A DNA stretch of 64,000 bases from a phage, in the sequence record PZ452596.1, one strand, 5' to 3'. The notes beneath the pieces were generated by a model. The model saw only the letters and a program-made list of their open reading frames with translations, searched no databases and was not told where the DNA came from. Below, in pieces: positions 28,463 through 37,940 of this stretch. Numbering within the stretch: the stretch's first letter is position 1; every line of letters starts with the position of its first letter. Both the position numbers and the translations under genes were made by a program.

Positions 28463-28752
28463 TCAGTCTCCAATTTAATGTTCATAATTCTAGCGTATGA
28501 TTGTGCCATCTCCGCGCCTCGTTCTATACATTCAAAATCAGAAGAGCACGGGTCATTTTTATAGGTCGTTCTCATAAAACTATAGAATTGTTCAGACGAT
28601 TCTACGCTTTTATTTTCAAAAAGCATATAAACGTGCCTAATACCAGATTCCATAAATTTATCAAAATGAGGATCGACATTCGCTTCAATTGGTGGAGATA
28701 AAGCAAATGACAATCCTAGCATGGCAAATAGTGCCGTTGCTTTTAAGGCCAT
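28459..28752 (-). CDS. rI: Lysis-inhibition regulator RI (periplasmic antiholin)
   Basis: 97-aa ORF MALKATALFAMLGLSFALSPPIEANVDPHFDKFMESGIRHVYML...; matches remembered T4 RI. Confidence 0.85.
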   Translation of the reverse strand: MALKATALFAMLGLSFALSPPIEANVDPHFDKFMESGIRHVYMLFENKSVESSEQFYSFMRTTYKNDPCSSDFECIERGAEMAQSYARIMNIKLETE

Positions 28753-28764
28753 AAAGGCCTCCTA

Positions 28765-28977
28765 TCATTTTTGTCCTGTATTTACTTTATGCCGATGCAC
28801 GGCCTTAACTTTATCAAGGTATTTTTCAAAATTTCGCAATCTAGTATAGTCTGCCGGAGATTGGTTGAGTGATACTTCTCGACGCAAAGCTGAAATGATA
28901 TTTCCAACTTCCCTACGAATTTCATCTAATTGAAGAACAGTAAGATTGCGAAGTTGCTTTTCAGTTAATTGTAGCAT
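28765..28977 (-). CDS. Hypothetical protein (rI.1 position), 70 aa
   Basis: Track ORF. Confidence 0.5.
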
Positions 28978-29019
28978 ATATACCCCTTTAGTTAGATAAA
29001 CCTATTTATAACTTTTGCA

Positions 29020-29601
29020 CTAACCGAGCTTTTTAGTTAATTCATTCCAATGTTTTCTACACAAAGAAACATAAATTTCATCGCCAATACAGATTTGATT
29101 ACCCTCTTTAACTGGTGTTCCATCTTCCATTAATCGAGCTGTCATAATCGCTTTTTTACCACAGTGACAAACTGCTTTTAGTTCAATAAGTTTATCTGCA
29201 ATCGCCAAAAGTTCTTTAGAACCTTCAAATAATTTTCCAGCGAAATCAGTCCTTAATCCATAAGCCATAACAGGAACATTATATGTATCAACAATTCGGC
29301 TCAATTGATGCACTTGTTCAGTTTTTAAAAACTGAGCTTCATCTACAAATACACAATGAATATCTTTTTGTGCTTCAGCCCATTTATAGAACTCGAAAAT
29401 ATCCATATCATCTGTAATAATATTCGCTTCCTGCTTAATTCCAATGCGAGAAACGACTTCACAGACAGAATCGCGAGTATCAATAGCAGGCTTAAGAACT
29501 AATACGCTCATTCCACGTTCTTTATAATTATGTGCAGCAGTCAAAAGAGAAGCAGATTTTCCAGCATTCATTGCTGCATAAGTAAAAATTAAACTCGCCA
29601 T
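29020..29601 (-). CDS. tk: Thymidine kinase
   Basis: 193-aa ORF with P-loop MNAGKSASLL and C-terminal Cys cluster. Confidence 0.85.
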   Translation of the reverse strand: MASLIFTYAAMNAGKSASLLTAAHNYKERGMSVLVLKPAIDTRDSVCEVVSRIGIKQEANIITDDMDIFEFYKWAEAQKDIHCVFVDEAQFLKTEQVHQLSRIVDTYNVPVMAYGLRTDFAGKLFEGSKELLAIADKLIELKAVCHCGKKAIMTARLMEDGTPVKEGNQICIGDEIYVSLCRKHWNELTKKLG

Positions 29602-29602
29602 C

Positions 29603-29791
29603 TTAGTCCTTAGTTAAATTTTCTAAATATGTTTCTAAATCATTTTCAGCTTTATCGATAGATTTTACTAATTCGTAATATGTTTCGGCATCTCCATAAT
29701 CAGAAGATAATTCAAAAGACAAATCCTTTTCTAAACTAATAATTTCACCAACTAAAAATAATATTTCGTTCTTTTGTTCGCGAGTAATCAT
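29603..29791 (-). CDS. Small helical protein family member, 62 aa
   Basis: Track ORF MITREQKNEILFLVGEI... Confidence 0.5.
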   Translation of the reverse strand: MITREQKNEILFLVGEIISLEKDLSFELSSDYGDAETYYELVKSIDKAENDLETYLENLTKD

Positions 29792-29973
29792 AAGGAATTT
29801 ATATAATTAATAAGTTCTTGTTCTTTATTATCGAATTCTTTAGAAAGTTCTTCGTACTCGTTTGCATTAAAAGGACCGCATTCATCACAAACTTTTTCCA
29901 ATTCACTGTTTTTATCCATAACTTCGTGGATAAGAGAAAAGAGTTTGTCTTTTTGTTCTTTGCTTAGGCTCAT
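29788..29973 (-). CDS. Small helical protein family member, 61 aa
   Basis: Track ORF MSLSKEQKDKLFSLIHEV... Confidence 0.5.
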   Translation of the reverse strand: MSLSKEQKDKLFSLIHEVMDKNSELEKVCDECGPFNANEYEELSKEFDNKEQELINYINSL

Positions 29974-30143
29974 ATATTAATTTCCAGAAGTTTTAAAATA
30001 ATTCGCTTTTGCTTAAATATTTCAATAGTTAAATGATCAGTATCTTTTTGACCAATTCCAATGGCAAAACCTTTATTAGCAGCGAGTTCAATTAAATTAT
30101 CAAGTTCACGTAACACTTCGTACTGTAACTCATAACTATTCAT
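29970..30143 (-). CDS. Small hypothetical ORF, 57 aa
   Basis: Hand-translated MNSYELQYEVLRELDNLIELAANKGF...; ATGA overlaps at both ends. Confidence 0.35.
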   Translation of the reverse strand: MNSYELQYEVLRELDNLIELAANKGFAIGIGQKDTDHLTIEIFKQKRIILKLLEINI

Positions 30144-30367
30144 TTCGGTTTACCTTCTTTAACGAAATCTGGATAAGGATAAAATCCCGAATAAAATCCT
30201 TCACCTTTATGATTGATGCATCCTTTATTAGAACAATAGCACCAATAATCGAAATCACAAGCCATTTCATCGTTGCATAAAGCAAAAACAACCGGCCACT
30301 TACACTTTTCGCAGTGGGCATTTTTAAGAATACTAGTTTGGCTCATAACCATGTAACCTTTAAGCAA
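30140..30367 (-). CDS. Cysteine-rich small protein, 75 aa
   Basis: Track ORF with HCEKCKW...CNDEMACDFDYWCYCSNKGC. Confidence 0.5.
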   Translation of the reverse strand: MLKGYMVMSQTSILKNAHCEKCKWPVVFALCNDEMACDFDYWCYCSNKGCINHKGEGFYSGFYPYPDFVKEGKPK

Positions 30368-30555
30368 TATTCTTCTACATGTTGTTTACGACCTTTCTTA
30401 TCAATAAAGGTATATTCAACGAATGTTCCAATGTAGTCTTTATCTACATCATGTGGACTATTAATTGGACATTTAGTACGGCAAATGCGTTCCCATTGAC
30501 GAATAATTACTGCCTTATTCTTTGGGTCATACGGATGTGGATAATGTATATTCAT
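30343..30555 (-). CDS. Hypothetical protein, 70 aa
   Basis: Track ORF 30343..30570 trimmed to MNIHYPHPYD; ATGA overlap with the macro-domain gene stop. Confidence 0.45.
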   Translation of the reverse strand: MNIHYPHPYDPKNKAVIIRQWERICRTKCPINSPHDVDKDYIGTFVEYTFIDKKGRKQHVEEYCLKVTWL

Positions 30556-31019
30556 AATAACGGTTCCCAATCAACAATCACAATTTCTAATTTAGAAGAA
30601 TATGTATCTAAAATCCCCTCAATAATATCCCAGTTCCCTTTACCTATGCCTGCACCAATCCTAGGCATATAGATTGTGGGTTTAATCAGTTTATTTTCAC
30701 CAAACTCATTTAATTCTAACATACAATTCATTAAAGCGGAATACTCAAAATTTGGCCCTGGTTGAAATTGAGTATAAAGGTTGAAGCAATACGCTTTATG
30801 AGTCCTAAAGTATTTTTCATAGACTGAGTAAGAACCGAGTTTAGTTACATCACCCCATTCAGTCTGTAATTTATCAGCTTCCAAAATTTTAGGGAAAGCT
30901 TTGGTTAATTGACCCGCTACGCCTGAACCCATAGTATGAAAACAATTGCATCCATGCGCAATATTTTTACCTTCAGCGAAAAGGGCGACAATATCGCCCT
31001 TGATATATTTTACAATCAT
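30552..31019 (-). CDS. Macro-domain-like protein, 155 aa
   Basis: GDIVALFAEGKNIAHGCNCFHTMGSGVAGQL and YMPRIGAGIGKG resemble macro-domain signature blocks. Confidence 0.5.
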   Translation of the reverse strand: MIVKYIKGDIVALFAEGKNIAHGCNCFHTMGSGVAGQLTKAFPKILEADKLQTEWGDVTKLGSYSVYEKYFRTHKAYCFNLYTQFQPGPNFEYSALMNCMLELNEFGENKLIKPTIYMPRIGAGIGKGNWDIIEGILDTYSSKLEIVIVDWEPLL

Positions 31020-31363
31020 CTAGTACTCAATCCTCGATTATAAGAATCTACCAAACGGTCAACCATTGAATGACAAGCGGCTTTATCTTTCTCCTCCGCA
31101 ACTGAGCATTCTAAGGTATTCCACTTTTTAGCATATCGTTTTAATAATGTATCGTTTTTGTATCTGCTTGATTTATCTCTTTCTCCGTCTTTATATGCAT
31201 ATATTAATTTCTGTGCAAATTCAGCTTGGCATGCTTTATTTTTCCCACAATAATCTGCCGCAGTGCGGTTTACATATTCTCTAATTTCAGTATATGATGT
31301 ATCTGCTGATGCAGAAGCAGAAAATGAAATTAATCCTATACATAAAACCAAAATTTTAGTCAT
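31016..31363 (-). CDS. Small secreted Cys-containing protein, 115 aa
   Basis: N-terminal signal-peptide-like MTKILVLCIGLISFSASASA; four Cys. Confidence 0.5.
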   Translation of the reverse strand: MTKILVLCIGLISFSASASADTSYTEIREYVNRTAADYCGKNKACQAEFAQKLIYAYKDGERDKSSRYKNDTLLKRYAKKWNTLECSVAEEKDKAACHSMVDRLVDSYNRGLSTR

Positions 31364-31901
31364 TTACTATTTCCAAAAGTTTATTATTTTTAAGGTAATT
31401 AGCCTTTTCTAGGACTTCAGAAGCATATTTAGAACCTGCTTTAACATTCCATCCCGAATTATAAGAGGATATTGCTTTTCTTATATCGCCCTTATGTATA
31501 TTTAACCAATAAGAAAGTTCAATGTACGCCCAGGAAGCTGAATTGGATCGTTTATTCAACATTCTTTTTATTTCAGCATCAGTCATATTATAACCAAGTT
31601 CCTTAACTCTCGCTCGCATAGTAGGCAAATAATTTTGGAACATTCCATAAGCGTGATGCTTTGGTTTAGATTTTAAATTAACTCCGCCAGAGCTTTCTTG
31701 CCATAAAATGGCTGCCATTATATGACCTAATCCGCTCTTGTGGATATTTTTATGTGTTTTATATTTTCCATCCTTAGAAAATTGTTCCCCGAATTGATAC
31801 GCGTAACGCATGTTATCGAGTTGGACATTACTGAAAGTATGCTCGGAGCTATGTGCCATCATTGAAATGGCCAATAGACCAGCGAGTAGTGCTTTTCTCA
31901 T
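31356..31901 (-). CDS. Secreted lytic transglycosylase (SLT)-like protein, 181 aa
   Basis: Signal peptide MRKALLAGLLAISMMAHS; SLT-type AILWQESSGG motif. Confidence 0.55.
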   Translation of the reverse strand: MRKALLAGLLAISMMAHSSEHTFSNVQLDNMRYAYQFGEQFSKDGKYKTHKNIHKSGLGHIMAAILWQESSGGVNLKSKPKHHAYGMFQNYLPTMRARVKELGYNMTDAEIKRMLNKRSNSASWAYIELSYWLNIHKGDIRKAISSYNSGWNVKAGSKYASEVLEKANYLKNNKLLEIVND

Positions 31902-31908
31902 GCTTACC

Positions 31909-32370
31909 TCATTGAGTTTTAATTACTGCTTTAGAAGCCTTTCCTGGTAAACGACGACTGTTAATAATTGCCATCCTACATTGAAGTGACGGGTCTTTGA
32001 ACTTCTCGTTAGGTTTACAAACTGTAAATCCAAGCCAAAGATTTCCATCTGTGATTTCTAAACGTCCAGGACGATATTCAACCCCATCAATAAAATCCTC
32101 GTCAATGTCAGGACGCGGAGGCATACTCAGGAATTCATTAACTTCTAAAACATGGTCTTTTATTTTATGGAATAATTCAAAAACGTATGTCTCATCAATC
32201 TCCCGTTGAATTGCGCGATCAAGAAGATGTTGAGAATATTTTAGATGAAACGATGAGACCCCTGCTGCTTTTGATGCCTCACGAATCTCATTGTTAATTT
32301 GACGAAACTCCGACTCAAAGTGACGACGGAGCTTATTTCGACGGATAAAAACTTCTGTGTTGATAGTCAT
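31909..32370 (-). CDS. regB: RegB endoribonuclease
   Basis: 153-aa ORF MTINTEVFIRRNKLRRHFESEFRQINNEIREA...; early promoter directly upstream. Confidence 0.8.
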   Translation of the reverse strand: MTINTEVFIRRNKLRRHFESEFRQINNEIREASKAAGVSSFHLKYSQHLLDRAIQREIDETYVFELFHKIKDHVLEVNEFLSMPPRPDIDEDFIDGVEYRPGRLEITDGNLWLGFTVCKPNEKFKDPSLQCRMAIINSRRLPGKASKAVIKTQ

Positions 32371-32398
32371 GTTATTCTCCTCTTAACTGATAGAAAAA

Positions 32399-32428
32399 TT
32401 ATACCACAGTCAAGAGGAAAAGTAAACA
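32399..32428 (-). promoter_or_regulatory. T4-type early promoter upstream of regB (TTTACT - 17 nt - TATAAT)
   Basis: Seen on the minus strand. Confidence 0.5.
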
Positions 32429-32429
32429 G

Positions 32430-32708
32430 TTATTCTTTAAATCTGATCAATTTATTCATAGACTTTGAAACTTCTGCACGAACCTCATGTAGATTTTTGA
32501 GCTGTTCAAGACGCTGCGTATAGTAAGCAATTTCATCTTCTTCGAGACAGTCCTGCGAATCTTCTTTAAGATAACGTGCATAGTCCTGAAAAGCGTTACG
32601 GATTACTTCCTGGAAGTCATCAAGACTTTGAATTTTCTTAGGAGCAGCAGATACACGACGAGGGGCAGTATAATACTCATAACCAAACCCTGCGCTTAAT
32701 TGAGCCAT
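32430..32708 (-). CDS. Hypothetical protein, 92 aa
   Basis: Track ORF 32430..32750 trimmed to [13 protein letters not shown]. Confidence 0.45.
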   Translation of the reverse strand: MAQLSAGFGYEYYTAPRRVSAAPKKIQSLDDFQEVIRNAFQDYARYLKEDSQDCLEEDEIAYYTQRLEQLKNLHEVRAEVSKSMNKLIRFKE

Positions 32709-32974
32709 TAGTATTTTTCCTCTGGTTGGAACACTGCACGACAAGCCCACATACTGGCTTCTTTGAGTTTCGTTTTAGCAATAGTTAACTGATCGAGGCT
32801 TTCGGAGTAATTCTTCGCGAGTTCATCATCTTCACAGCTATCAAATGCTTCCCAAAATTCATCGTATAAAGCATCAAAGATAAGTCCTAAACGAACTTCA
32901 GCGTCTTTAATAGCATTTACTTTACCGATTTTTTCGTCGGTATGTGGCTTATAACCTTTAATATCTTCAATCAT
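32708..32974 (-). CDS. Acb2-like (T4 Vs.4-type) candidate anti-CBASS nucleotide sponge, 88 aa
   Basis: Track ORF trimmed to [15 protein letters not shown] (RBS GAGGAA); C-terminal [10 protein letters not shown] resembles the Acb2 family; position in the vs cluster. Confidence 0.45.
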   Translation of the reverse strand: MIEDIKGYKPHTDEKIGKVNAIKDAEVRLGLIFDALYDEFWEAFDSCEDDELAKNYSESLDQLTIAKTKLKEASMWACRAVFQPEEKY

Positions 32975-33188
32975 ATTTGACTTCCTCACCAGTACATAAA
33001 TCGTATTCAACTAAACGAATAGGTTCATGAATGCCATATCCCTGAACAGAAATTTCTGTCGTAGGATAAATTCCACTAATATCACCCATGTTCCACGCTT
33101 CATTAAATTGCTGTTCGCCTGAATTACTAAACCATTCTGCGAAAGCATTTAGCACATCTTTAGAACCTTCAATAATTATCTTTGCCAT
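32967..33188 (-). CDS. Hypothetical protein, 73 aa
   Basis: Track ORF. Confidence 0.5.
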   Translation of the reverse strand: MAKIIIEGSKDVLNAFAEWFSNSGEQQFNEAWNMGDISGIYPTTEISVQGYGIHEPIRLVEYDLCTGEEVKYD

Positions 33189-33550
33189 TACAGACTCTCA
33201 GTAAAGGTACGAGCGATAACGTCGCGCTGCTGTTCCGGAGTCAGAGAGTTAAAGCGAACTGCATAACCGGATACACGGATGGTCAGCTGCGGATATTTTT
33301 CCGGATGCTTAACTGCATCTTCCAGAGTTTCACGACGCAGAACGTTAACGTTCAGATGTTGACCACCTTCAATTTTAACTGTAGGCTGTGGCTCAATTTC
33401 AATTTCACGGGCATGCAAACCGTAGAAAATTTCTGGGTCTACAAAAGAGTCCTCTTTAAAGGTTTTAGAGACAATAATTCGTGCTTGAATACCATCTTCA
33501 AAATAAATAGTGCCTTTGTGTGTGCCTTCAAGAATTTGATATGCTTTCAT
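33188..33550 (-). CDS. GrcA/YfiD-like autonomous glycyl-radical cofactor protein (T4 Y06I type), 120 aa
   Basis: C-terminal glycyl-radical domain with [27 protein letters not shown]. Confidence 0.8.
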   Translation of the reverse strand: MKAYQILEGTHKGTIYFEDGIQARIIVSKTFKEDSFVDPEIFYGLHAREIEIEPQPTVKIEGGQHLNVNVLRRETLEDAVKHPEKYPQLTIRVSGYAVRFNSLTPEQQRDVIARTFTESL

Positions 33551-33557
33551 ATAAACC

Positions 33558-33887
33558 TCAATTAGAAAATAAATTTATCCAAGATTGTTCTTTAATTAAA
33601 AATGGCTCAGAATCATATGCCATTAAACTTTGCGTAATTAATCCTTTAAAAGGTCCATCAATAAATTCCATGGTAAAATATGGAATTTTATTCATTAGCC
33701 GTGCATTAGGAGCAGTACACAAAACTCTGCATCCTTTGAATACGCCTTTTTGTAATTTGTATTGCTTAGGATAAAATTCGCTCAAGACGTTGTTATTTGC
33801 CAAAATTTCAAAATGATTCACCAATTTATTTTTAATAGTTTTTGGCGAAAAATAAAGATATTCGAAAAGCTGAGTGTCTGTCATCAT
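33558..33887 (-). CDS. Hypothetical protein, 109 aa
   Basis: Track ORF 33558..33938 trimmed to [10 protein letters not shown]; ATGATGA overlap with the upstream stop. Confidence 0.45.
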   Translation of the reverse strand: MMTDTQLFEYLYFSPKTIKNKLVNHFEILANNNVLSEFYPKQYKLQKGVFKGCRVLCTAPNARLMNKIPYFTMEFIDGPFKGLITQSLMAYDSEPFLIKEQSWINLFSN

Positions 33888-34471
33888 TGCATTCCGATTA
33901 CGAAAAACTGTGGACGAGTAATACCACCAATACAACATTTAATATTACAGCAGCAGTGTACAGTGTCAATATGGACACTATAAATCTTATCCATATCAGG
34001 AGATTTGACAGGCTCATCAATTATATACAAAATTCGCGAAAGCGATAAACCTCTGAACTTGCTTCCTTTATTACCAATAAAACTGCGCACAGAATCAGTA
34101 AATAAACGAAAACGTATATCATCATTAGAATAACGCGAAAATTCCTTTTTAATGTTATTTGCAGAAATTTTAGCGTAAGCTGAAGTATTAGAAAGAACAA
34201 TAACTGTTCCGCCATCATACAACCAATTAGCAGCAAAATTAGTTACTGCAGTTGATTTACCGGATTGACGTCCACCATCTAGTCGAAGTGTGCAGTACTG
34301 TTTAAGTAATTCTTCAAATGGCGGGATATATTCGTTTTTACAAATTTCTTCTACTCTAGCATCAGAATGGTGTGTAAAAGCATTCATCAGGGATAGATAA
34401 GGACCAGTTAAAAATGTTCTCATTTTATTCTCTCTAAATTTGGGCCATTCCATGGCGCATGAATTGTCCAT
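33884..34471 (-). CDS. P-loop NTPase-like protein, 195 aa or shorter
   Basis: Walker A GGRQSGKST, Walker B-like LYIIDE; occupies the position where T4 has denV. Confidence 0.5.
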   Translation of the reverse strand: MDNSCAMEWPKFRENKMRTFLTGPYLSLMNAFTHHSDARVEEICKNEYIPPFEELLKQYCTLRLDGGRQSGKSTAVTNFAANWLYDGGTVIVLSNTSAYAKISANNIKKEFSRYSNDDIRFRLFTDSVRSFIGNKGSKFRGLSLSRILYIIDEPVKSPDMDKIYSVHIDTVHCCCNIKCCIGGITRPQFFVIGMQ

Positions 34472-34563
34472 TTCTGTATTTATCCATTACCGCACTCAGG
34501 CTCGACCTTATTACAGGTTGGCGGAATCCCTCATAGAATCATGAGGTCCAGGTTGTTCCCATA

Positions 34564-35037
34564 TTATTTGAACGATTTAACGTACTGAATAGAACCTTTA
34601 CTATTCACAAAGGCAATTTTACCATTTTTGTTATACATGGTAGCAGTACGTTGATAGCCATAAGTTTGTTTACCAGATTGATAACCAACTAATGCAAAAT
34701 TATCTTCACCCATTTTATTCTGTTTAGCGCGAATACGTTCATGACCATGTGCCATAAGAACCTTAGCATCACCAGTTGCAATGGATCGACGAGTTTTTTC
34801 ATCTTCAACTGTATTAACAAAGTCGTCAAATGAATCAAATTTAGCATGAGATTTATTATATAGTTTTCCATCTACTGCATAATTATATCCTTGTACATCC
34901 ATCTCAACTTCTGTACCATCATCCAGTACAGCAGTGATTTTCTGTCCTTTTTTAAATTTCAAAAGATCAGTAAAAGATTCAGCAATAATTTGAGAACTAA
35001 TAGCTGCTTCAGTAATAAATTCTTGATATGTTTTCAT
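34564..35037 (-). CDS. Internal-protein-like protein with capsid-targeting N-terminus, 157 aa
   Basis: N-terminus MKTYQEFITEA matches the T4 internal-protein targeting sequence with ITE cleavage motif; adjacent to gene e as ipII/ipIII are in T4. Confidence 0.65.
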   Translation of the reverse strand: MKTYQEFITEAAISSQIIAESFTDLLKFKKGQKITAVLDDGTEVEMDVQGYNYAVDGKLYNKSHAKFDSFDDFVNTVEDEKTRRSIATGDAKVLMAHGHERIRAKQNKMGEDNFALVGYQSGKQTYGYQRTATMYNKNGKIAFVNSKGSIQYVKSFK

Positions 35038-35107
35038 GTGTATCCTTTAAATGTAAATATTTTAATTAATAATTTATCTCTTCAAGTAACTGTGAATATA
35101 CTATCAC

Positions 35108-36100
<993 letters not shown>

Positions 36101-36104
<4 letters not shown>

Positions 36105-36589
36105 TTTAATTTCCTGCATTCAGTGATAAAGTTATTTAAATTTTGAGTATATTTCTTTTCATCAAAAATCTTTTGCTGTCTGCGTAACCGCCATGGCATT
36201 TCAATGAACGCGCACCATATCCCAGATAATATTGCTGCTGTCAAAATATTAACAAGCATAATTAAAAGAATCCAATCTCCTATTCTGTCTATTGGATTTT
36301 TTATAAAAAAGTAAAATACGAATGATGTCACAGGAAGACTAATAATATACCACAGAATCATAATTTTATCTGTGAACCAATCAGCGTTCGTTAACTTAGC
36401 GCGACCATTATGAATACACACGAATTTATCATCTGTTATAATAGATGGCTTAGCTGCTTGATATCCCATTCTAAACTCCCTAATCAACAAATTTTTCATA
36501 TCTTCGGAACAACCATTCCAGTCAACTCTATCAACTGAAATGCCATCATCCCCATCATCTAAATCATACCAGCGAGTTTTTAAAATCAT
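36101..36589 (-). CDS. Membrane protein, 162 aa
   Basis: Track ORF; hydrophobic helices; C-terminus ECRKLK. Confidence 0.5.
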
Positions 36590-36948
36590 TTAATTTTCCT
36601 ACAATCACTCACAAACTCTTCCATTGATTCTTTTTCAATATAAGACATGTAGCTATTATATTCTTTTAATTGTATTTTGTAATCTTTTTTTCTTTGCCAA
36701 TTTATTTTAAAATTATCATAATGAAAATATAACATGGTACCAAAGAATGAAAATAATGAAATAATTTTAGTATAGTGAAGTTCACTCCAAACTTCTATTA
36801 TATTTACTGTGCCGTCAATGTTTAAAATAAGACAGTCAATTAACAATCCAAAAAGACTACCCGCAAGAGCTGCAGCCAACGCCACAGCAAAAATTAAAAA
36901 TGACTCAGGAAGCGAATATTTGACTTTATTTAGTTTTGGCTTTTGCAT
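36586..36948 (-). CDS. Membrane protein, 120 aa
   Basis: Track ORF; C-terminus DCRKIK. Confidence 0.5.
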   Translation of the reverse strand: MQKPKLNKVKYSLPESFLIFAVALAAALAGSLFGLLIDCLILNIDGTVNIIEVWSELHYTKIISLFSFFGTMLYFHYDNFKINWQRKKDYKIQLKEYNSYMSYIEKESMEEFVSDCRKIK

Positions 36949-37322
36949 CGTGATTCCTTAACAAATTTCATAATTTCATCAAATTCATACGCAGCAAGTT
37001 TAAGCTGATGTTCCTTTTTAATCTTTTTACACTGTGCTTTCCAATCACGTACGCGTTTACGATAATGCCTTCCTTGATACCAGTATCCTACCCAATTTAC
37101 AGGTACTAATAAAAATGGAACTATCATTGGAAGAATTAGTGTTGACGCAAATATTATATTAGATTCAATATTAGTCATAACATCTATAACTATTCCAACC
37201 CCCAGTAGAATTACAAATGATACAGCTATTACAGGACCTATTAATACATCAGTAGAAATTATCTGACGCTTTAATTCATACTTTAAGGGTTTACTTGGAA
37301 GATACATTGATGGCTTTGACAT
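36930..37322 (-). CDS. Membrane protein, 130 aa
   Basis: Track ORF; C-terminus ESRCKSQN. Confidence 0.5.
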   Translation of the reverse strand: MSKPSMYLPSKPLKYELKRQIISTDVLIGPVIAVSFVILLGVGIVIDVMTNIESNIIFASTLILPMIVPFLLVPVNWVGYWYQGRHYRKRVRDWKAQCKKIKKEHQLKLAAYEFDEIMKFVKESRCKSQN

Positions 37323-37899
37323 ATTCTCTGCATTCCTTCACAAATTTTTCTAGTAATAAATCGCTTTCAAAATTGGGATTTTCTACGAATTTATCAAAAA
37401 GATCATCAACAATAGTTAAGATATTCTTTTTACTAAGAATACGTTTATTTTCATGCTTCGTTTCAGAATCAACTATAAGAGTAAAGAAATATTTCTTTCC
37501 CTGAAATTTTACCGTAGTATCAATATAGAATAAATTTGACTTTTGTAAGTTACGTTTAAACCATGCGTCACTTAAACTATAAACGCCAAGATAATCATAA
37601 TCGTCGTTTAAATAACAAACTGTCCATTCAGGAGAAATGAAATCAGTAAATTCAACATCAAAATCACATGTTAATAAATGAATTGATTCAATACTGTTAA
37701 TAAGTATTCCAGGACGTATTAAAGACTTTTTACCTCTAGAAAATCTTCCAGAAAGACTTTCATCAGTTTCATATGAAGAACCCCAATAATAATTACGCCC
37801 TTCTGCCATACGTTTAAGAGCATTTAATAATTGGTCTGGAACATCAACCTGTCTTTGGAACTCTTCAAACATTGAATTGAAATCACTTTGCATTTTCAT
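37291..37899 (-). CDS. Hypothetical protein, 202 aa
   Basis: Track ORF; C-terminal KFVKECREYVK similar to neighbours. Confidence 0.5.
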   Translation of the reverse strand: MKMQSDFNSMFEEFQRQVDVPDQLLNALKRMAEGRNYYWGSSYETDESLSGRFSRGKKSLIRPGILINSIESIHLLTCDFDVEFTDFISPEWTVCYLNDDYDYLGVYSLSDAWFKRNLQKSNLFYIDTTVKFQGKKYFFTLIVDSETKHENKRILSKKNILTIVDDLFDKFVENPNFESDLLLEKFVKECREYVKAINVSSK

Positions 37900-37918
37900 T
37901 CCTACTTACTCCAAGTAA

Positions 37919-37937
37919 TAGGGGCCGAAGCCCCTTA
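37919..37937 (-). other. Stable hairpin AGGGGC-UUCG-GCCCCU
   Basis: Inverted repeat between ORFs; no U-run. Confidence 0.45.
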
Positions 37938-37940
37938 TCA

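Noticed and set aside
2709-33565. Plus-strand track ORFs inside the leftward-transcribed region (e.g. 2709..2930, 2964..3380, 4956..5177, 5376..5759, 13373..13597, 14223..14438, 17539..17784, 33182..33565)
   Set aside because: Each lies antisense to a well-supported minus-strand gene, has no RBS or promoter context, and has low-complexity composition typical of antisense reading of AT-rich coding DNA.
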